Shown here piece after piece: positions 38,810 to 47,010 of a DNA stretch of 64,000 bases. The notes under the pieces are model-generated. The model saw only the letters and a list, made by a program, of their open reading frames with translations, ran no database searches and was not told the DNA's origin. The translations under genes were made by a program, and so were the position numbers. The stretch's first letter is position 1. Each line of letters opens with the position of its first letter. Location: the NCBI GenBank assembly GCA_024762975.1, contig JANTGJ010000003.1:2736-66735 (forward strand), read 5' to 3'. This DNA comes from Candidatus Krumholzibacteriia bacterium (GTDB taxonomy: Bacteria; Krumholzibacteriota; Krumholzibacteriia; LZORAL124-64-63).

Positions 38810-40276
38810 CTACTCGACGCGATGGATCTCCACCCGACGGTTGATGCGGCGTCCCTCCGCGGTTCCGTTGTCCGCCAGCGGGTAGTCCTCGCCATAACCG
38901 ATCGCCGTGATCCGGGACGGAGCGACTCCCATCGCCACCAGCGCATCCTTGACCGCCAGCGCCCGGCGGTGGGAGAGATCGCGGTTCGTCTCTTCCGATC
39001 CCGTCGAGTCGGTGTGGCCATGGATCTCGATATCGGCATCGGGCCAGGCCAGCAGCGAGGCCGCGACATCCTCCAGAACCCCCTGCGATTCCGGAGTCAA
39101 CTGGGCGCTGCCGGATACGAAGTTCACACCTTCGAGGATGAGTTCGGAGCGGATCCGGGCCACGACCGGGCAGCCGTTCGAGTCCACCTCCGTGCGAGCC
39201 GGCGTGTTCGGGCACTGGTCGTCGCTGTCCAGGACGCCATCCCCGTCGTTGTCCGGATCGGGGCAGCCGTCCTCGTCCTGGAATCCGTCCAGATCCTCGG
39301 CCCGATCCGGGCACTGGTCGCGAGCATCGATGATGCCATCCCCGTCGTTGTCCGGATCGGGGCAACCGTCCCCATCCTGGAAACCGTCAAAGTCCTCGGG
39401 CTGGTCCGGGCAACGGTCCTGCGCATCGAGGATACGATCTCCATCGTTGTCCGGATCGGGGCAGCCGTCCTGGTCCTGGAATCCGTCGAAATCCTCCGGG
39501 TGATCCGGACAGATGTCCTGGTCATTCAGAATCCCGTCGCCATCGTTGTCGCGGTTGCCGAACCACCAGGTCAGTCCAACGGCGAAATCCACACGAGCGG
39601 TATTCGCATCGACGTGATCCGGTCCCCAGAATCGGCTGATCCCCATCGTGTCCTTGTTGTTGCCAGGAAACAGATGCCAGCGGGTGGCTAGATTCAGGGA
39701 CAGGCTTTCGGCCAGGAAAACGTCCAGGCCGGCTTCCGCGGTATAGGCCATATTCGTCGATTCCAAAGCCACTTCGTTCCCGTCGCCGTCATAGCCCACG
39801 ATCGGATCTTCATTGGGGAAGAGGCCCACGTCGGATTCGCCGCGCAGGTCCATCGCCTTCCAGCTCAAGACACCGAGGCCCAAACCGAATTTCGGTACGA
39901 AGCGTTTCTCGGGAAAGAGCCGGTACTGCAACTGCACCGACGGGTGGGAGATCGATGTATAGAGACCCGCGCCGCTGTCGAAAGACCATCCGGCGTCCTG
40001 ACCGGGAAATCCGACGCCCTGTCGTACGGTACCGTACTGGTAACCCAATTTGAGGTTCCAGTGTGGATTCAGTCCCCGCTCCAGGCCGAGTCCGAAGAAT
40101 TGATCCAGGTTGCTGTAGTCCCATTTGCCTTCGGTGAGCTTGAATACACCACTTTCAAGTCCCACGCCCCACTGACCGCTGACATCCTTGGCCGACGCAG
40201 CACCCGCCAGGCCGATGACCAATGACGCGATCAGGATCGGTACCCTACAGGAACGAATTGCGTTTCGGGCGCGCAT
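38810..40276 (-). CDS. OmpA-family outer-membrane protein with thrombospondin type-3 (Ca-binding) repeats
   Basis: ATG 40276 five nt after GGGGAGG. Signal peptide. N-terminal beta-barrel region. Central array of Asp-rich repeats (DNDGDGILNDQDICPD, DQDGCPDPDNDGD..DAQDRCPD, repeated 5-6 times). C-terminal OmpA peptidoglycan-binding domain (..HGHTDSTGSEETNRDLSHRRALAV..RRVEI). Confidence 0.85.
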   Translation of the reverse strand: MRARNAIRSCRVPILIASLVIGLAGAASAKDVSGQWGVGLESGVFKLTEGKWDYSNLDQFFGLGLERGLNPHWNLKLGYQYGTVRQGVGFPGQDAGWSFDSGAGLYTSISHPSVQLQYRLFPEKRFVPKFGLGLGVLSWKAMDLRGESDVGLFPNEDPIVGYDGDGNEVALESTNMAYTAEAGLDVFLAESLSLNLATRWHLFPGNNKDTMGISRFWGPDHVDANTARVDFAVGLTWWFGNRDNDGDGILNDQDICPDHPEDFDGFQDQDGCPDPDNDGDRILDAQDRCPDQPEDFDGFQDGDGCPDPDNDGDGIIDARDQCPDRAEDLDGFQDEDGCPDPDNDGDGVLDSDDQCPNTPARTEVDSNGCPVVARIRSELILEGVNFVSGSAQLTPESQGVLEDVAASLLAWPDADIEIHGHTDSTGSEETNRDLSHRRALAVKDALVAMGVAPSRITAIGYGEDYPLADNGTAEGRRINRRVEIHRVE

Positions 40277-40444
40277 TCTCGCCTCCCCGGAAAGATTGAG
40301 ATTCATTTCGATTCTTGGAATCTGTGGCGAATCCTAATTCGTTCGGTCCAGTTTGGCAACAGTGGTTGCAACGAGCCGCCGATTGTAGTTCAATCCCTAT
40401 GGACCTGAAGGTCCTGCCTTTCTCGCCGGGAAGTGTAGAAATTT

Positions 40445-40933
40445 TTGGACTCGTTGCAGACGCTGATTGATGGCATTCGACGCGAGGATGGTGCGCTCCG
40501 ACGACTGGTCGGTGCCTATCCGCGCGAAATTCGTGATCAACGCTCGCAGAGCGGTCTTCTGAGTGCGAAGGACACGCTGGGCCATCTGGCCTACTGGGAC
40601 GACTTCACCGTCCACTTCTTCCTCAGTAAAATCGATCCGGCGTCCTGCCGTGTACCGCCGCCCTCGGATTTCGAGGCGGCCAGCCGTCGAGCCATGGTCA
40701 CGATGGCGGATCTGCCCTACGGCGAGGTGCTGGCGCGCTACCTCGAGGCCACCGGATCGATCCTCGAGTTCCTGGAAAAGCACTGGAGCGAGTTGTCGGA
40801 GCGGGAGAGGATGGATTTCCAGATTCCGTTGAAACATCGCCGGCAACATCGCATCAAGCTGTACGAGGCGTGGCAGGCGATCGATTGGGACGGGTTGGAG
40901 GAGGACAGGCGCGAGCTGTCGGAGCCGGCGTGA
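40445..40933 (+). CDS. hypothetical protein (possible DinB/ClbS-like helical bundle)
   Basis: 162-aa ORF with a TTG start and protein-like composition, containing LGHLAYWDDF. The opposite-strand ORF 40397..40849 looks like a GC-frame artefact. Start and family are uncertain. Confidence 0.4.
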   Translation: MDSLQTLIDGIRREDGALRRLVGAYPREIRDQRSQSGLLSAKDTLGHLAYWDDFTVHFFLSKIDPASCRVPPPSDFEAASRRAMVTMADLPYGEVLARYLEATGSILEFLEKHWSELSERERMDFQIPLKHRRQHRIKLYEAWQAIDWDGLEEDRRELSEPA

Positions 40934-40961
40934 TTCCCGGTCCTCCTGGACCTACAGCGGA

Positions 40962-41005
40962 CAAAAAAAGAGGAAGCCGGGTTTGCTGCAACTTCGGCTT
41001 CCTCT
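40962..41005 (-). terminator. intrinsic terminator of the 47-aa protein gene, possibly bidirectional
   Basis: Perfect 11-bp stem AGAGGAAGCCG / CGGCTTCCTCT with a 15-nt loop. On the minus strand it is followed by seven U (plus-strand run of A at 40963..40969); on the plus strand it is followed by TTGAATT. Confidence 0.7.
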
Positions 41006-41035
41006 TGAATTGATCCAGTCGATCCGTAGCGAAAA

Positions 41036-41179
41036 CTACTCGATGCGCAGATCCAGATCGGTTACGGGAGCCAAGGGCTCACGCTTACCACGCGGATATA
41101 CGTTCTGGTAGTTTCCAAATACGCCCAGTTCGACCTTTTCGGTCTTCAGCTTGGGCGCAAAATAGCTCTTCTTGGTCAT
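41036..41179 (-). CDS. small basic protein of unknown function, 47 aa (MTKKSYFAPKLKTEKVELGVFGNYQNVYPRGKREPLAPVTDLDLRIE)
   Basis: ATG 41179 immediately preceded by GGAGGTAGAGGA. TAG stop at 41036..41038. Own consensus promoter upstream and intrinsic terminator downstream. Not in the ORF track, presumably because it is short. Confidence 0.6.
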   Translation of the reverse strand: MTKKSYFAPKLKTEKVELGVFGNYQNVYPRGKREPLAPVTDLDLRIE

Positions 41180-41238
41180 TCCTCTACCTCCGGCCCTTTG
41201 ATTTGGTCAGGCCCCCTGTTGAAAGTTCAATCAGGCAG

Positions 41239-41267
41239 ATTATAACAAAAGAACGGGATGCCGTCAA
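41239..41267 (-). promoter_or_regulatory. consensus sigma70 promoter driving the 47-aa protein gene
   Basis: On the minus strand: TTGACG (plus 41267..41262), 17-nt spacer, TATAAT (plus 41244..41239). Predicted TSS near 41232, giving a leader of about 50 nt. Perfect -10 and 5/6 -35 in a GC-rich genome. Confidence 0.6.
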
Positions 41268-41296
41268 CAAGACTTTTTCGGTCTTCTTCCGTTTTT

Positions 41297-42478
41297 TCAG
41301 ATCCCCTGGGAGGCCTCTTCGGGGTCCGACCTCAGCAGGGTCAAAATCGCAGTGCCGGCGAGATAGGCTACGGCTTTCATGCGCGAGATCCGGTTTACGA
41401 GCCGAACGGCCAGCGAGGGCCCTGCATCTTCTGCATAACCGACCTCCAACCAATAACTTTTGCCGGGAGAAAGGTATTTGCGCAATTCGCGCCGACGCAA
41501 CTCGGCAGAAGGAGCGCAGAGCCAATGCAGCAGGTGCTGTATCTCGCCCCGATGCAGGAAGTGGTCCCGACCGAAAAAAACGCGGCCCGTCAAGTTGTGC
41601 AGCAGACGTGCGGTTCGAGTGGGGGGCCTCAAACGGTCCATCACAGCGCTCGGAACCTGAACTCCGGTCCAATCCTCGACCAGGGTCAACAGGGCCCACA
41701 ACGCATGGCCCTGATTCTGGTTCCGGGCCTGTTCGACCAGGGCCTGCGGGTCCTGAATGGCCGGATACAACAGAGCGGCATCGATGACTCTCCGCATTTC
41801 TCCGAACCCGCCGCCGGTGCACTGCCCCACGATATGGAGCAGCAGATCTTCCGGCGATGGCGCCCGCATGCGCGTGCTGTTGAGCACCGTATCGACCGAA
41901 CGATGTTTCAGCCCCTCCAGATCAAAGCTGTAGATCGACTCGGGCAGGGTCAGGCCCCAATGCACTTCAACCACGAATCCGTTGTCGTTGCTCAGGATCC
42001 AGTGGAAGTGATGATCGCGATAGTAGCCCGGATCCGCCCGGGTGGAGGAGAGTTTCAGCCCCAATGATGCCAGGGTATGACAAGCGGTTTCGACTTCATC
42101 CGGCTCGACCAGGAGGTCCAGATCGGCAAGGAAACGGTGTTCAGTTCGCCGGTAGTAGTCCGTAGCCAGGGGGCCGCCCTTCAGTACGATGGGGTGGCAG
42201 TCGGCAGTGGCCAGGGTCGCGAGCACTTTCTCCAGAAACAGCAGGCGGACCATGGTCTCACGACCGGCTTGTCCTTCGATCACGTCCAATTGGTTTGCCA
42301 TTTCGGCGTCCAGACCGCTGCGCTCGATATAGGGCAATACGGTGCCCGTGATCCGGTGTTCGAAGCACAACTGCAGAAATCGTTTCCAGTCCAAGTGTGC
42401 CGGGGGCGCCAGGCGCTGCGGCTCGGGTTGGAAATAGTTGCGCGTCAGATCGGCGATGTATTCGAATTCCTGCAACAC
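41297..42478 (-). CDS. nucleotidyltransferase-family protein (PF14907 / NTP_transf_5-like)
   Basis: GTG start after GGAG. Block IVLKGGPLATDYYRRTEHRFLADLDLLVEPDEV matches the LKG..L....Y....R...D.DLLV pattern recalled for the uncharacterised nucleotidyltransferase family PF14907. 393 aa. Confidence 0.6.
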   Translation of the reverse strand: MLQEFEYIADLTRNYFQPEPQRLAPPAHLDWKRFLQLCFEHRITGTVLPYIERSGLDAEMANQLDVIEGQAGRETMVRLLFLEKVLATLATADCHPIVLKGGPLATDYYRRTEHRFLADLDLLVEPDEVETACHTLASLGLKLSSTRADPGYYRDHHFHWILSNDNGFVVEVHWGLTLPESIYSFDLEGLKHRSVDTVLNSTRMRAPSPEDLLLHIVGQCTGGGFGEMRRVIDAALLYPAIQDPQALVEQARNQNQGHALWALLTLVEDWTGVQVPSAVMDRLRPPTRTARLLHNLTGRVFFGRDHFLHRGEIQHLLHWLCAPSAELRRRELRKYLSPGKSYWLEVGYAEDAGPSLAVRLVNRISRMKAVAYLAGTAILTLLRSDPEEASQGI

Positions 42479-42582
42479 GAATCGCTCCGGCTCGGCTGAT
42501 TGGGTGAACGAGGCTTCCTCTCCTCGTTATCGGATATCGGGCACTCGGGTTGATCGAAAACCGCGGTGCGTTTCCCGGGAAA

Positions 42583-44358
42583 CTACACGGACTCGTTGCC
42601 TTGTTGCAAATCGTAAAGTGTACGGTACATGCCGTCTTCGGCAAGCAGTTCGGCGTGGCTGCCGCGCTGGACGATGCGGCCCTCCGCCACGACCAGGATC
42701 AGATCCAGATCGCGTACCAGGCTGAAACGGTGGGCGATCACGATCGCCGTACGGCCCGTCATCACGCTTTTCATCGCACGGTGTATCGAGTCCTCGCTGG
42801 CGGCGTCCAATGCACTGGTCGGCTCGTCCAGGATCAACAGTCCGGGATTGCGAAGGAAAGCGCGAGCCAAGGCGACGCGCTGACGCTGTCCGCCGGACAG
42901 GCGACCTCCTCGCTCACCGCAACGTTCCTGCATTCCCTCGGGAAAGCGCTCGGCGAATTCGAGAACTTCGGCTTTGCGAGCGGCTTCGATGACCTCGTCC
43001 CGGGTTACGCTGTTCAGGCCGAAGCGGATGTTCTCTTCCAGGCTCAGATCGTACAGCAACGGCTCCTGCGCCACCCAGGCCATGCGCGATCGCAGGTCCG
43101 CGATCTCGTAATCCCGGTAGGCGAGTCCATCCAGTTCGATCCGGCCCCGACTGGGCGGGAACAGACCCAGCAATAGCGAGGCCAGTGTGGTCTTGCCGGC
43201 ACCCGAAGGTCCCACGACGCCCACCCACTGGCCCGGAGCGATGTCGACCGTGACACCGTCCAGGACCGGAGTCTCGCCGCTCTCCGGATAGCGGAATACA
43301 ACATCGGACATGCGCAGGGCCGCCGGATCGTGCCGTGGCGCGGGGGCCGGTGTGCCCGGCACGCGTTCGGTCGGCAGGGCCAGCACTTCGTCCAATCGTT
43401 CGGCCGCGGCGACAGCGCCCTGCCCCGAGGCGAATAGGCTGCTCAACGACGCCAAAGGCATTGCGACCCGGAAGGCCAGCAGCAGGAAGGCGACCAGTTC
43501 GCCGCTGGTGGCATCACCGCGCGCGGCCAACGCGAAACCGTAGATCATCACGCCCAGCAGGCAAACCCACAGACTCATCTGGATTCCGGATTCGAACGCA
43601 GCCGAGAGCCAGGCTCGCCGGACGCCGGCCTCCTCATAGGTCGAGATCATCTCCTGGAAGCGCTTACTTTCGTGCGTCTGCGCGTTGTAGACCTTCAGAC
43701 CGCGGATCCCGCCCACCGTTTCCTGCACCTGGCTGGTGATCTTGCCCAACTCCTCATACATCACCCGCGAGAGCTTGCGCAGCCGCGCGGCAAAGATCCG
43801 CACCAGGAGAATCGTCGCGGGGATCAGGATCAGCACCGCCAGGGTCAGGCGCGCATTCAGTTGCGCCATCAGGATCAGGGCGCCGGCCAACGTGATCAGT
43901 GCACGGGCCAGCGAAACGATGCCCGTCGTCAGCAGGTACTGGATGCTGCCCACGTCGCTGGTAACGCGGCTGGAGATGTCGCCGGCCTTCTTGTTCGTAA
44001 AGTACAGGGAGGGGAGTTCGAGGATGTGCGTGTAGACCCGCCGGCGCAATTTCGTCACGGTGCGCAGGCCCAGGCGGGCCGATACCACCTGGTAGGCAAA
44101 TGAGGCGCCCAGCTGAGCAATCAGCAACAGGGCCAGGATCACCAACTGTTGATTGCCGAGGACGAAATGGTCGACATCCCGCAGGGTATCGACGAAGCGT
44201 CCGGCGATGACGGGGATCGAGAGTGAGATGCCGGTCGAAACCAGCATCAACAGCAATACGAAGGCGAGGTCAAGAAATTGTCCGCGCAGCAGGGCAAAAT
44301 AGGGCCCGAGGGCCGCGAAGCCGAACAATCCGGCCGGCTTGCGTTCGATGGAATTCAC
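42583..44358 (-). CDS. ABC exporter, fused permease/ATPase (MsbA-like)
   Basis: Six-TM N-terminal domain. Walker A GPSGAGKT. ABC signature LSGGQRQRVALARA. Walker B LILDEPTSALD. H-loop. No C39 peptidase domain. Confidence 0.85.
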   Translation of the reverse strand: MNSIERKPAGLFGFAALGPYFALLRGQFLDLAFVLLLMLVSTGISLSIPVIAGRFVDTLRDVDHFVLGNQQLVILALLLIAQLGASFAYQVVSARLGLRTVTKLRRRVYTHILELPSLYFTNKKAGDISSRVTSDVGSIQYLLTTGIVSLARALITLAGALILMAQLNARLTLAVLILIPATILLVRIFAARLRKLSRVMYEELGKITSQVQETVGGIRGLKVYNAQTHESKRFQEMISTYEEAGVRRAWLSAAFESGIQMSLWVCLLGVMIYGFALAARGDATSGELVAFLLLAFRVAMPLASLSSLFASGQGAVAAAERLDEVLALPTERVPGTPAPAPRHDPAALRMSDVVFRYPESGETPVLDGVTVDIAPGQWVGVVGPSGAGKTTLASLLLGLFPPSRGRIELDGLAYRDYEIADLRSRMAWVAQEPLLYDLSLEENIRFGLNSVTRDEVIEAARKAEVLEFAERFPEGMQERCGERGGRLSGGQRQRVALARAFLRNPGLLILDEPTSALDAASEDSIHRAMKSVMTGRTAIVIAHRFSLVRDLDLILVVAEGRIVQRGSHAELLAEDGMYRTLYDLQQGNESV

Positions 44359-44428
44359 TGGTCCTCCGATTCCGGTCCCATCCGTGGTGCCGAAGTGCGC
44401 CGAATTGATCCGGGTGGCGCAAATGAAT

Positions 44429-44452
44429 CGGCGGAAGTATACCCTTCCGCCG
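44429..44452 (-). terminator. possible hairpin terminator after the 44491..45588 gene
   Basis: 9-bp stem CGGCGGAAG / CTTCCGCCG with a 6-nt loop. The downstream tract on the minus strand is only weakly U-rich. Confidence 0.3.
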
Positions 44453-44490
44453 TCTCCCTGTCTCGGGGCAGATCGTGAATTCGAACGTTC

Positions 44491-45588
44491 CTATTTGGTG
44501 AGGACCATTTTCCGGGACAGCTGCCAGCCCGGGGCTTCGAGTCGGTACAGGTAGGTACCGCTGCCGACCATCGCGCCCCCGGAATCCCGACCGTCCCATG
44601 TGACCCGATGGCGTCCTTCGCCGCGGGTCTCGTGCAGCAGTTCGCGCACCAGTTCGCCACGGGCGGAATAGACTCGCAGGGCCACGTTGCCGGAGCGTTC
44701 CAGTTCGAAGACGATTTCGGTGATCGGGTTGAACGGATTCGGCTGGTTCTGGGCCAGGTTCGCCGGCGCCCTGAACTCCGGTACGGACGCGACCGCGTGT
44801 CCGGCCGCCTCCATCATGTGGCCGATCAATAGTGGGGCGACCATCTGATAGGCCGATACGTTCGGATGGGAATCCGGATCGCCCGGACGCTGGTACTCGG
44901 CTTTCAGTTGGTTGCGATCCCCGGATCCGTCATCGGCGTGGGCGAGGAGGTCGAAAACATCCATGAAATGCAAATTCGGACGGTCGGCCAGGAACTCGTT
45001 GCTGCCCAGCCACTGCGAGAAGGCACGGGCCCGGTCGGCCGCTACGAGGCTCGTTTCGCCCGGGTGCAGGGGAGGTGGCGACATCACCAGGAATTGCTTG
45101 TCCGGGTGCTGGTCCATCACATCACGGATCTCCAGGTACCAGATCTTGTTCTGCTCCAATTCGGAATCGGTACCGATCGAGCAGGCCGTAAAGCAGGACA
45201 TGAAGGCGATCACATCGTAGTCGGACAGGATTGAGTCGCGGGCGGCATTGGCCGTCGTCCACAACCGATGCAATCCCCGCGGGTCGGTATCGTCGTCCGG
45301 GATGGCATAGTTGTAACCCAGCGCATCACCCTGGGCGTCGAGCAGCCCGATGAAATTGTAGTCGTGATCCCACAAGGCAGCCTCGGTGCCCCCGGCCCGG
45401 TTGACTTTTTCGAGATAGGAGCGGGCTTCTCCATAGATCATGAAGCCCCGGCCGGTCGAGTGATGCAGATAGAACAGGCGGTCCGATCCGGCGGCGGAGG
45501 CTACGGCGGCCCCCAAAATAGTCCCGAGCAGAATCGCGAACAGGGTCGCTATGCGCAGGCTGCGATGGAGAGATGCAGCGTTCTTCAT
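44491..45588 (-). CDS. secreted protein, divergent SGNH/GDSL-like hydrolase candidate, with a T9SS-type C-terminal sorting domain
   Basis: ATG 45588 (signal MKNAASLHRSLRIATLFAILLGTILGAAVASA). Blocks FYLHHSTG, IAFMSCFT, FMDVFDLLAH and DPDSHPN loosely follow SGNH blocks I, III and V (the DxxH-like block V is DSHP). C-terminal NPFNPITEIVF...GTYLYRL domain. Confidence 0.55.
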   Translation of the reverse strand: MKNAASLHRSLRIATLFAILLGTILGAAVASAAGSDRLFYLHHSTGRGFMIYGEARSYLEKVNRAGGTEAALWDHDYNFIGLLDAQGDALGYNYAIPDDDTDPRGLHRLWTTANAARDSILSDYDVIAFMSCFTACSIGTDSELEQNKIWYLEIRDVMDQHPDKQFLVMSPPPLHPGETSLVAADRARAFSQWLGSNEFLADRPNLHFMDVFDLLAHADDGSGDRNQLKAEYQRPGDPDSHPNVSAYQMVAPLLIGHMMEAAGHAVASVPEFRAPANLAQNQPNPFNPITEIVFELERSGNVALRVYSARGELVRELLHETRGEGRHRVTWDGRDSGGAMVGSGTYLYRLEAPGWQLSRKMVLTK

Positions 45589-45928
45589 ATCAAGACTCCA
45601 ACAGCTTCGGACGAGCGATTTCGGGAAATCCCGATCCGAAGCGGGAAGAGGGCCAAGCCCCCGGGCGATCCTGCGCGAGATCTCGAACATTTGGCCCGTG
45701 AGATGGTCCTGGCTGATTTTTCGGCGTCGATCGGTATCTCGATCGGAATCAAGAGCGTGAAGCGATCTACTGCCGATTGCGCGGGATTATAGAAAAAAAA
45801 CAATCATATTGCAACCCGGAATCATTTTATCCTGATTCGTCGCCGCACCGGAAACTTGCCGGTCCGCAGAGGGTTTGATAACCTGTTGCGACAAGAGAAT
45901 TACAGTATGCAATGAGGAGGACGGTTTG

Positions 45929-46897
45929 GTGCAGTTCGCTCACTTGGTACGGCCGTGTGCGGGGATCGTCGCGGGTCTGTTTGTCATTCTGGGGATCGGA
46001 TTCAGCGCGGGGAGAGAGGCAATGGCCGAAGAACTGGCCGAAGAATCGGCCAAGAACGGATCCGAGCCGGTGCAGTTCCTGTTCATTCATCATTCCTGTG
46101 GCGGCCAGCTGTTGGCCGACGCTGGACCGCAGGTCGGTGGCGAGGATGAATCGGGGCAGACGTGCATCTATGTCAGCCATCCCAACGGAGGGGGGCTGCG
46201 CAGCCGTTTGGAATCCGCCGGATTCGCGGTGAACGAGTCTTCGTATGGTTCGATCGTCGGCGAAGACACCGATATTTGCCATTGGCGCCGGAAGTTTACT
46301 TCGAAGATGGACGACATTCTTCGCCTGAAGCAGCAGGATACCTTCCTGCCCGAGGGGATGACCAACCGTATCGTCGCTTTCAAATCCTGCTACCCGAACA
46401 ACGGTTTCCGGGGTGCCGGCAACGAGCCGGGCGATCCCGATTCCTGTGAGTTGACGGTGGCCAATGCCAAGGCAGCCTACCGTGCGCTGCTCTCCGAATT
46501 TGCGCAGCACCCGGAAGTTCTCTTCGTGGCCTTCACCGCACCGCCCCAGGTCGAGCCCCGGCCCCGGGGTATGAAGGCCCGCATCCGGGCGATGCTGCAG
46601 GGGAACCGGAAATCTCCGGCAGCCGGACTGGCCCGCGAATTCAATTCCTGGCTGGTCGATACCGACCAGGGCTGGTTGGCGGGTGATGCACCGGGCAATG
46701 TGGTCGTCTTTGACTACTATGACATCCTGACCGATCACGGAAAAACGAACTGGTCGGCCTACGGATCCCGCGAAGGTCGCGATAGCCACCCGAGTACGGA
46801 GGGGAATCGGAAGGCTGCCGACGCGTTTGTTCCGTTCATCCATGCGGCACTTGCCCATGCCCAGCATGCGTCGAGTTCGTCGCAGAACAGTCCATGA
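45929..46897 (+). CDS. paralog of the 44491..45588 protein, lacking the C-terminal sorting domain
   Basis: GTG 45929 seven nt after GAGGAGGA. N-terminal hydrophobic segment. Blocks FLFIHHSCGG, VAFKSCYPNNGF, VVVFDYYDILTDH and RDSHPS match the neighbour's blocks. Transcribed divergently from its paralog. Confidence 0.55.
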   Translation: MQFAHLVRPCAGIVAGLFVILGIGFSAGREAMAEELAEESAKNGSEPVQFLFIHHSCGGQLLADAGPQVGGEDESGQTCIYVSHPNGGGLRSRLESAGFAVNESSYGSIVGEDTDICHWRRKFTSKMDDILRLKQQDTFLPEGMTNRIVAFKSCYPNNGFRGAGNEPGDPDSCELTVANAKAAYRALLSEFAQHPEVLFVAFTAPPQVEPRPRGMKARIRAMLQGNRKSPAAGLAREFNSWLVDTDQGWLAGDAPGNVVVFDYYDILTDHGKTNWSAYGSREGRDSHPSTEGNRKAADAFVPFIHAALAHAQHASSSSQNSP

Positions 46898-47010
46898 CCC
46901 GGGTCCGGACTCCTCAAGGAATCTGTTCTCCGGTCGAAGGATAGATTGCGGCGGTCTTTTGCGGCCTCTAGTATCGATGATCATTCCAGACTGCAGGTGG
47001 GAGGCTGGCG

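Noticed and set aside
40354-40370. TGGCAA-N6-TTGCA resembling a sigma54 -24/-12 promoter upstream of the 40445 ORF
   Set aside because: The GG-to-GC spacing is 13 rather than the canonical 12, and no bEBP or RpoN context is visible, so it is probably chance.
41184-41822. ORF-track entry (212 aa, minus strand) spanning the small-gene promoter and part of the nucleotidyltransferase gene
   Set aside because: It is an Arg-rich, frame-shifted overlap of the better-supported 41297..42478 CDS, and it would bury the consensus promoter inside coding sequence.
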